Part shown: piece after piece, positions 56,110 through 64,000 of the stretch
Layout: each line of letters starts with the position of its first letter
How positions within the stretch are numbered: the stretch's first letter is position 1
Source of the DNA: Octopus vulgaris
Taxonomy: Eukaryota
NCBI GenBank assembly: GCA_951406725.2
Contig: OX597836.1
Span: 18,600,001-18,664,000 of the forward strand
Reading direction: 5' to 3'
DNA length: 64,000 nt
Notes under the pieces: generated by a model
Databases searched by the model: none
What the model was told of the DNA's origin: nothing
The model's input: the letters and a program-made list of their open reading frames with translations, nothing else
Program-made: the position numbers and the translations under genes

Positions 56110-56902
56110 ATACGTGTATACACAAATGCTAAAGATATGTATTTACTTGTATGCGTTTCATAACTTTGATATTCAGATAAATATTCATTTTGTTTTTTTT
56201 ATGAGTGTACGTCTTTGTACTTGTAAGAGTGTATGTATGCGTATATGTGAGTAAATGTGCCTATATATATATGTGTGTGTGTGTGTCGTCCTGTCTGTCT
56301 GCGTCTGTATGTATCTGTGTGTGTGTGTGTGTATATGTGTATTTCTGTGTCTCTTCGTGTATATATATGTTTGTGTCTGTCTCTCTTTATATATACGGTA
56401 AAGTAAATTAGAATTTTACTGCAAAAGGAAAGTAGTCTACAAACGAGAAATTACACAGAAATATTGTCCATATGTGGCAGTTGTGATACAAAAGATGAGA
56501 GAGAGAGAGAGAAGGAGGGAGTTACAAAGAGCAGTCTTCATTGTGTAGCTCTATCGGAATTGTGGAAGTCAGTGTACTCTAAAGCTCGTTCATTCTACAC
56601 TTACTAGATCTTCTGTTCTAACACCTTCTTGACGGCAACGAAATCAATTCTGCTAGTTTATATCAGATTAGGCCTCCATAAATCGTAGAAAATTAACGAT
56701 TGTCCGTCTGTTCTACCGTATCTTTTTAATGAAGCTTTTCCTAACAAGGAAACTTCGCAGCGAACATTAAATTTATCTGATTCATATCTTTATTTAGTTT
56801 TTCGTATGTACTCTATCTTTCTATCTATTCCCCAACTCTGTGAGTGCATATAAGAATGTATGTATGTATGTATGTATGTATGTATGTATGTATGTATGTA
56901 TG

Positions 56903-56939
<37 letters not shown>

Positions 56940-56946
56940 ATGTATG

Positions 56947-57038
<92 letters not shown>

Positions 57039-57471
57039 ATGCTTACATATATAAATATATATCATATATATATATGTGCGTGTATAAATAAATAAATAAA
57101 TAAATATATATATATATATATATAGATATATATATATATATATACATACATATGTGTGTGTAATATATATGTATATACATTTTTGTGTGCGAATCGCGCG
57201 ATAAATACATATATGCATGTGCATGAAACTGTTTATATATATGTATGTGTGTGTATGCACCATATAGTGTATGCAGACAGACATACACTCCTACGTATAT
57301 TCCTGGTTGCTTTTATTTAGGTCCCTCTCACTTTCTTACTTTAATCTGTTCTGCAATTTAAGAATCTATCCACCGACGTGTCTCTTCATCTGTCTGTTCC
57401 CTCATTCGATATACCCATTTATGTATAAGCGTGTGAATATGTGTGTGTGTAGGAGCGCGCGGGCGAGCATG

Positions 57472-57502
<31 letters not shown>

Positions 57503-57503
57503 A

Positions 57504-57896
57504 CTCTTTTACTCTTTTACTTGTTTCAGTCGTTTGACTGTGGCCATGCTGGAGCACCGCCTTTAGTCGAGCAACTCGACCCCGGGACTTATTCTTTGTA
57601 AGCCCAGTACTTATTCTATCGGTCTCTATTGCCGAACCGCTAAGTGACGGGGACGTAAACACACCAGCATCGGTTGTCAAGCAATGCTAGGGGGACAAAC
57701 ACAGACACACAAACACACAGATACATATATATATATATATATATATACGACAGGCTTCTTTCAGTTTCCGTCTACCAAATCCACTCACAAGGCATTGGTC
57801 GGCCTGGGGCTATAGCAGAAGACACTTGCCCAAGGTGCCACGCAGGGGGAATGAACCCGGAACAATGTGGTTGGTTAGTAAGCTACTTACCACACA
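57504..57896 (-). mobile_element. SINE family C (tRNA head, CORE-like body, internal microsatellite), best-preserved copy
   Basis: Minus-strand head TGTGTGGTAAGTAGCTTAC...GGGTTCATTCCCC, GGCACCTTGGGCAAGTGTCTTC body, (GTAAAAGA)n tail. Confidence 0.88.
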
Positions 57897-58534
57897 ATGT
57901 TTATTTACATGCATATATATATGAATAGGTACACATATACATATATATTTATATATACGTATACACACATACACATACACACATATATACATTGTATATA
58001 TCTTGCATCAAGCCAAGCTTTCTAAGTCAAATTTAGCTTTGATACAGGTTTCACATAAACGTTGTCCGCGTAATAGTGTAAGGGCAGAAATGATCGTGGA
58101 ATAACATTTACCACTAACACACAAATCTAAATGCATAAATGCACTAAAACTATGTGTTCATAATACAGGCATCTATATCTCTATAGGCCTCTATATCATT
58201 CTCTATATCTCTAGTTTGCACTATTCCAGAAAACAGAAGTGAATTAGAAAGATCTTAGAAAGATAGCTGAAGAAAATACAAAGAGTTTGACGTCACAAAA
58301 GCGTATTTTCGAATCTTCTTCTCAAGGACATTACTAATCATTTCTAACATCACATTTTTTAAACTTTATGCTAATGATACTACTTTTCAATCTCTATATT
58401 TGTCCATTTCCAGTGTTGCCAGATATCAGGGTTAAGGTTTGTGGAGATATTGGTGCTGTTTCTCATAAATTACTATACAAAATTTCACTGTGGGATATAA
58501 CGTTGTAGCTTCTACATGATGATTATGCGCAAAC

Positions 58535-58572
<38 letters not shown>

Positions 58573-58615
58573 CACGTACATATATATAAATATATATGCA
58601 TATAAATATGTACAC

Positions 58616-58659
<44 letters not shown>

Positions 58660-58662
<3 letters not shown>

Positions 58663-58893
58663 GTTGTATACTGTCAATCTAACAAGAACGTGACAGTAGG
58701 GGTACACCACCGTTGTATAGCCCTAGGAGGCATCGAACGCCTCATGACAGCTTCGACACATATATATGTATATAAGGACACAGGGAAAAGATGTGTCGAA
58801 GCTGTCAGGAGGCGTTCGATGCCTCCTAGGGCTATACAACGGTGGTGTACCCCCTACTGTCACGTTCTTGTTAGATTGACAGTATACAACCAT
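58660..58893. repeat. Near-perfect palindrome, 102/103-bp arms, 29-bp spacer
   Basis: 58660-58761 is the reverse complement of 58791-58893 with one substitution and one 1-bp indel. Confidence 0.97.
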
Positions 58894-58984
58894 CCTAGCG
58901 CCCCACCACCGTACAGGTCTCCACGAGAGATTTAGAAATTCAATATTTTATATATATATATATATATATAAGCATAAATTATTA

Positions 58985-59280
58985 TCGTTGTTGTTTTTTA
59001 TATATAATCTGCATATTTTTTCCAAACACTTGACACAACATACTCAGTGCCATGGGGCAGGTGAAGGATAAGAGATGTTGAAATATAACTGAAAGCTTGG
59101 GGAGGAGAAGGGAAGTGGTAGGAGCAGTAGAAAATATATTCATGTAACACAACACATGCATTAAACTGACAGGGATTTTCTAAGGATGTGGGCAGTACTT
59201 GTCAGCACATACTTTCGGATTTCTCTGAGACATGGTTCTCCTGGGATGTTGTCTAGATGTTTCTCATATACTTTTATCAT
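58985..59280 (-). mobile_element. R4/Dong LINE 3' end, short fragment
   Basis: MIKVYEKHLDNIPGEPCLREIRKYVLTSTAHILRKSLSV* then a presumed 3' UTR. Confidence 0.7.
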
Positions 59281-61140
59281 TATTATCATCTCTTTATCAC
59301 AGGTTTTGTTGGAGCTCCTGGCATCTTGCATGCGTAGCGGGCTTACTACCTGCAGCCTATTTTATCATGCTATTTGTTCTTTTCAGCTAATACTTTCCTG
59401 ATTATTCTGGCCGTGCCAAGGAGGCAAAACCTTTTGTAACAGTTCTACTGGGCATTCTATTCCAATTTCCTTTATATTATCCTTGATGCCTTCTGATACT
59501 GTTCCCATGAACCCAAAAATAATTGGTATTATCTTCTCCTTCTTCATTTTCCATAGCCGGGCTATTTCTTACTTAAGAGAATTGTATCAATCTGTCTTTC
59601 CGTATTCTTTCTTGACTATTTGTGGGTTAAAGGAGCGTGCAACATCAACTATATAGCATATGTGGTGCACCTTGTCCACCACCACTAGGCTGCTATGTTT
59701 GGATTGAGAAATGCCACGGGATTTTGCTTGTCTCCGACTCTGCCACTCTGCATTCTGTGTTCATCTTGCCTTTCTCTAGCCTCTACTTTTCGCACAGCTT
59801 CCAATGTAGCACTTTCGCCACTTGGTCGTGTCACCAAAACGTGTAGTGGTTTGGGGAAAGTCTAGGGCATTCTTCCGTGATATGAGCAAGGGTTTCATCT
59901 ATTCTATTGCAAATGCGACACAGCAGAGACACTTTCTTATTCCTAAGGTTGACCCTCCAGTTTGTGGCCAGATCTTCGTCCCGCGCTGCCAGTATAGTGC
60001 TTTCGGTTTCTTCTTTTAGGGTTACTTTCATCAGCCAATCCCACATATTTTATCCAGCAACTTCTATTGCGGCTACATGAAATTGATTGTATAGTCTCTT
60101 CTTGCATAATTCTTCTTCATGTCCGTTTTGTACTTCTTCCATTGTTTTTCCTTTTTCTCCGCTTTCAGTACTTCCTCATTCCTAACTGTCACTAGCAAGG
60201 TTTCCTTACTTTGGGCTAAGTATCTCATTAAACTCTCGAGCTCGATACGCACGCAGTCTTCCACACTTAACAGTACTCTTCCTCCATTTCTCTCTTCATG
60301 CATAGGCGATCAATGTCTGCACGTGGATGATGAGCTCCATGCATCATTTTGAGCTTTCTTGACTTCTTGTCCCTCTCCTTTAGCTCCTCCTCAGTCTACT
60401 TGCAGGATTCCAGCGCAATACTGAACTACTGCGACTGCGTGCGAGTTTATTGCCGAAATTATGTGTCTAGCATTCAGCTTTGAAGCCACTATTTTTCTCA
60501 CTCGCCGCAGGTATTCTCTTTTTGTCTTTTCCTTCTTGTCGTGGTGTTTGATTCCATCTGCCTCAAGTATTTCCAGGCATTTGTTGCTAGACTGAGGTTG
60601 AATTGCCTTCATCATTTCACCACTTGGCAACAATATGGCTTCCGTCCTGTCTAGCTTTCCTCGTCTCATCACCATCGTAGCACATTTTGAGAGTCCAAAC
60701 TCTATTTTTATATCATTGGAGAAAATTTGCACTGACTGGTCTAGGCTGTCCAGTTCTGCGTCAGTTTTTGTGAATAGCTTCAGGTCGTCTTTGAATAGCA
60801 TGTGGTTTAGTTTTCCCTTACTTCTTCCCTGATCATACCCCAACTTTGTTTTCTGTAGTAACTCAAGGGGATCATTCCCAGCTCAAATATCAGTGGTGAC
60901 GCACTGTCTCCTTGAAAGATTCCTCTCTTGATTTTCACCTCCCCTAGTACATGCTTCCCTGCTGTCAACTCTATTCACCAGCATTTCATGCTATTCTCTA
61001 TAAGGTTTCTCATATTCTCTGCTGCTCCATACATTTCCATTGTTCTTATCATCCAGGAGTGTGGTATCGTATCGTATGCTTTGCAATAGTCAACCCATGC
61101 CATGCTCAGGTTTATATGTCTTCTCTTGCAGTTCCTGATA
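59281..61140 (-). mobile_element. Decayed R4/Dong-clade LINE: RT, CCHC finger and REL endonuclease
   Basis: RGIFQGD, KLNHMLFKDDLKLF (YxDD motif), IEFGLSKC, LKEETESTILAARD, CRICNRIDETLAHITEEC, EIARLWKM...IIPIIFGFMG; many frameshifts. Confidence 0.92.
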
Positions 61141-61410
61141 ATTAGTTAGTTAAGTTAATTTTTTGACTCAAAAAGCAAAAAGCAAGGCCATGTAGGGGGA
61201 CATGGAGTTATGTACAGTGTGGTGTTCATGCAAAGAGTTCAGGCCATTTCTGGTCAAGGGAGACTTTTAACCGAACGGTCGTCGGCATCTTCACAATCTC
61301 GTCCGGCAGCTTATTCCACGGATCCGCAACCCGGACGGAGAAAGCCCCTCTCCTTCGATTGAGATGAAATCGTCGCAGATAGAGCTTTTCGGAGTGACCC
61401 CGCAGCCGAC
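61141..61410 (-). mobile_element. CR1-group LINE 3' end
   Basis: RLRGHSEKLYLRRFHLNRRRGAFSVRVADPWNKLPDEIV...*, short 3' UTR and (TAAC)-like tail abutting the R4 copy. Confidence 0.8.
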
Positions 61411-61535
61411 TCTATGGAGCATTAGATTATGGTCATTCTGAAAACGGGTAGACATAACTCGTGGGCCTTCTAGGAGAAGGAACACTGATTTAAAAACTAG
61501 GGCACTAGTCGATCGCATTCGTTCCAGTGCTTCAC

Positions 61536-61592
61536 TCGTACTTAATTTATCGACCTCGAAAGGATGAATGGCAAAGTCGACCTCGGCGAAAC
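61536..61592 (-). mobile_element. SINE family B fragment
   Basis: GTACTTAATTTATCGACCTCGAAAGGATGAATGGCAAAGTCGACCTCGGCG. Confidence 0.75.
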
Positions 61593-61854
61593 GTTCTTTT
61601 CGCTGTGTTATCTCCTTTACGCCACTATACAAATACATTACCTTACATATTATGCATATATGTGCGCGCGCGCGTGTGTGTGTGTGTTTTAACCGTTATA
61701 ATATATTTCCAGCTACTTCAATCATCTTCTTACATATATGTTATTGTTGTTCTTGTTCTGTTCTATGTCGCTAGTGTTGTTGTTGTCGTCGTTGTCGTTA
61801 CTGCCATGTGCACTCTTACCGAAGCAGTTGCTACTTTTGTGTTTATTGTTATTA

Positions 61855-61918
61855 CCACTACTACTGCTACTACAACTACTACTACTACTACCAGTAATAC
61901 TACTGCTACTATTGCATC

Positions 61919-61950
<32 letters not shown>

Positions 61951-61955
61951 TCAAC

Positions 61956-61993
<38 letters not shown>

Positions 61994-62160
61994 CAGCAAC
62001 AGTAGTAGTAGTAGCAGTAGCAGCAGTAGCAGTAGTAGTAGTAGTAGTAGTAGTTGTAGTAGTAGTAGTTATTATCGTTGGTGGTGTTGTAGCAGTTATT
62101 TTTCACGTACTTGTTACTGATTTTAATCTCACAGTTCTTTGTGACTGTCGTGTTTCTCGC

Positions 62161-62202
<42 letters not shown>

Positions 62203-62241
62203 CAGCAGCAGTAGCAGCAGTGGCAGCAGCAGCAGCAGTAA

Positions 62242-62298
<57 letters not shown>

Positions 62299-62306
62299 CA
62301 GCAGTG

Positions 62307-62371
<65 letters not shown>

Positions 62372-62415
62372 CGTTGTTGTTGTTGTTGGTGGTGGTGGTG
62401 GTGGTGCTGGTGGTT
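61855..62415. repeat. (ACT)/(AGT)/(AGC) trinucleotide tracts
   Basis: Directly visible. Confidence 0.92.
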
Positions 62416-62549
62416 GTGGTGCGATCATTATTGATAATATAGTTAATGTCATTAACGGTGATATCTCAATCAGTTTTGGACTTTAAGTAGATTCATCAAC
62501 TGAAAAAAAAAAGGTGCATCACAACGTTTCGTTCCTTCTTTTATTTAGC

Positions 62550-63071
62550 CCTTCCCTCTTCCTCCTCCCCTTCTTCTCTCCCTCTCATTCTTTTATCAAA
62601 ATTTCTTTCTCTAACTCTCAGTATCTTCACTTTCTCTCTCTCTCTCTCTCCTATCTTCTATCTCTCTCTCTTTCTCTCGCTCTTTCTCTCTCTCTCTCCC
62701 CTATCTTTTCTCTCTCTCTCTTCTCTCGCTCTTTCTCTCTCTCTCCCCTATCTTCTCTCTCTTTCTCTCCCTCTTTCTCTCTCTCTCTCTCTGTCTCTCA
62801 TACACACACACACAGAGTTTCGATCTCTCTCAAAATCTACTCTTCCCGGTCTCTCCCTCTAATTTTACTCCTTATCACACGTGCTCTACTCTCTTTTCTC
62901 TCTCTCTTTTTGTCTGTCTGTCTCTCTCTCTCTCTCACACACACACACGCACACACACACACACACACACACATTTTCGATCTCTCTCAAAATCTACTCT
63001 TCACGGTCTGTCTCTAATTCTGCTCCTTATCACACGCGATCTACTGGTCTCTCTCTCTCTCTCTCTCAGTC

Positions 63072-63120
<49 letters not shown>

Positions 63121-63355
63121 TTCTATCCCGCATCACTACTCTCACGGTCTCTCTCTGCAACTCTCCTCCTTGTCACACTCATTTTATCCTCTCTTTCTGT
63201 TTCCCTCTCTCTATATCTATCTATCTATCTATCTATCTATCTCTGTCTCTCATTCTCTCTCAATCTTCTGCCGTCCTTATCCCTCTCAGTCTTTCTCCCA
63301 ACTACTATCCCCTCATCACTTACCTCACGGTCTCTCTCTCTCTCTCTTTCCTCCT
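62550..63355. repeat. CT-rich tract containing a ~158-bp-period duplication
   Basis: TTTCGATCTCTCTCAAAATCTACTCTTC at 62818 and 62976. Confidence 0.85.
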
Positions 63356-63600
63356 TTTTAAATTATACACGCTATTTCAACAAGCCATAGATGTTATAAT
63401 ATCGCGTCGTCAGCTATTCATCACCGAATCATTTCCACACTTCGCTCTTCTGTATTAAAGAGAAAAAAATTAATCCAACAAAAAAGAGATTAAAATAAGT
63501 GACAAGCAAAAAGAATAAGAAAAATTTTGTATAACAATATAATCAAAATTCAAAATTCAATATATTTTTTATTAAATCATAACTTCGCCAAATGTAATCA

Positions 63601-63770
<170 letters not shown>

Positions 63771-63857
63771 GTATGTATGGGTATGTTTATGCATACAGAG
63801 GGAAAAGTTTGTGAATACATAAAAATATATTTATACACACGCGAAGTTAACTACTCT

Positions 63858-63909
<52 letters not shown>

Positions 63910-64000
63910 CAAATATATATATACACATAAATACTCACACACACACTCACACACACACACATGTATATATGAATGTGTGTGTGTGCGTGTGTATGATATA

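Noticed and set aside
63362-63420. Minus-strand CTGACGA...GAAA match
   Set aside because: Stems I and III are too weak to separate from chance

Overview
AT-rich animal genomic DNA, most likely an octopus (inferred from the SINE repertoire and extreme microsatellite load, not proven). No intact protein-coding gene can be supported: nearly all ORFs in the track are translations of microsatellites or SINEs. The window holds three abundant tRNA-derived SINE families, decayed Tc1/mariner elements (an internally deleted mariner, a full-length maT/DD37D-like copy, a 141-bp MITE), four different R4/Dong LINE 3' ends plus a 557-bp non-coding element, mostly in (TAA)n, a Gypsy integrase with a probable LTR, CR1 and RTE tails, a 100-bp minisatellite and a near-perfect ~102-bp-arm palindrome. 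The most notable signal is a set of about ten type I hammerhead-ribozyme motifs (about seven with an intact CUGANGA...GAAA...UH core), most with a palindromic stem III, carried by several unrelated short elements lodged in or beside (TA)n tracts. They resemble Penelope-associated minimal hammerheads or retrozymes. Weak evidence exists for minus-strand exons (23.8-29.8 kb) and for cis-regulatory islands (YY1, paired octamer, RFX X-box). All alignments and folds were done by eye; boundaries of decayed elements are approximate.
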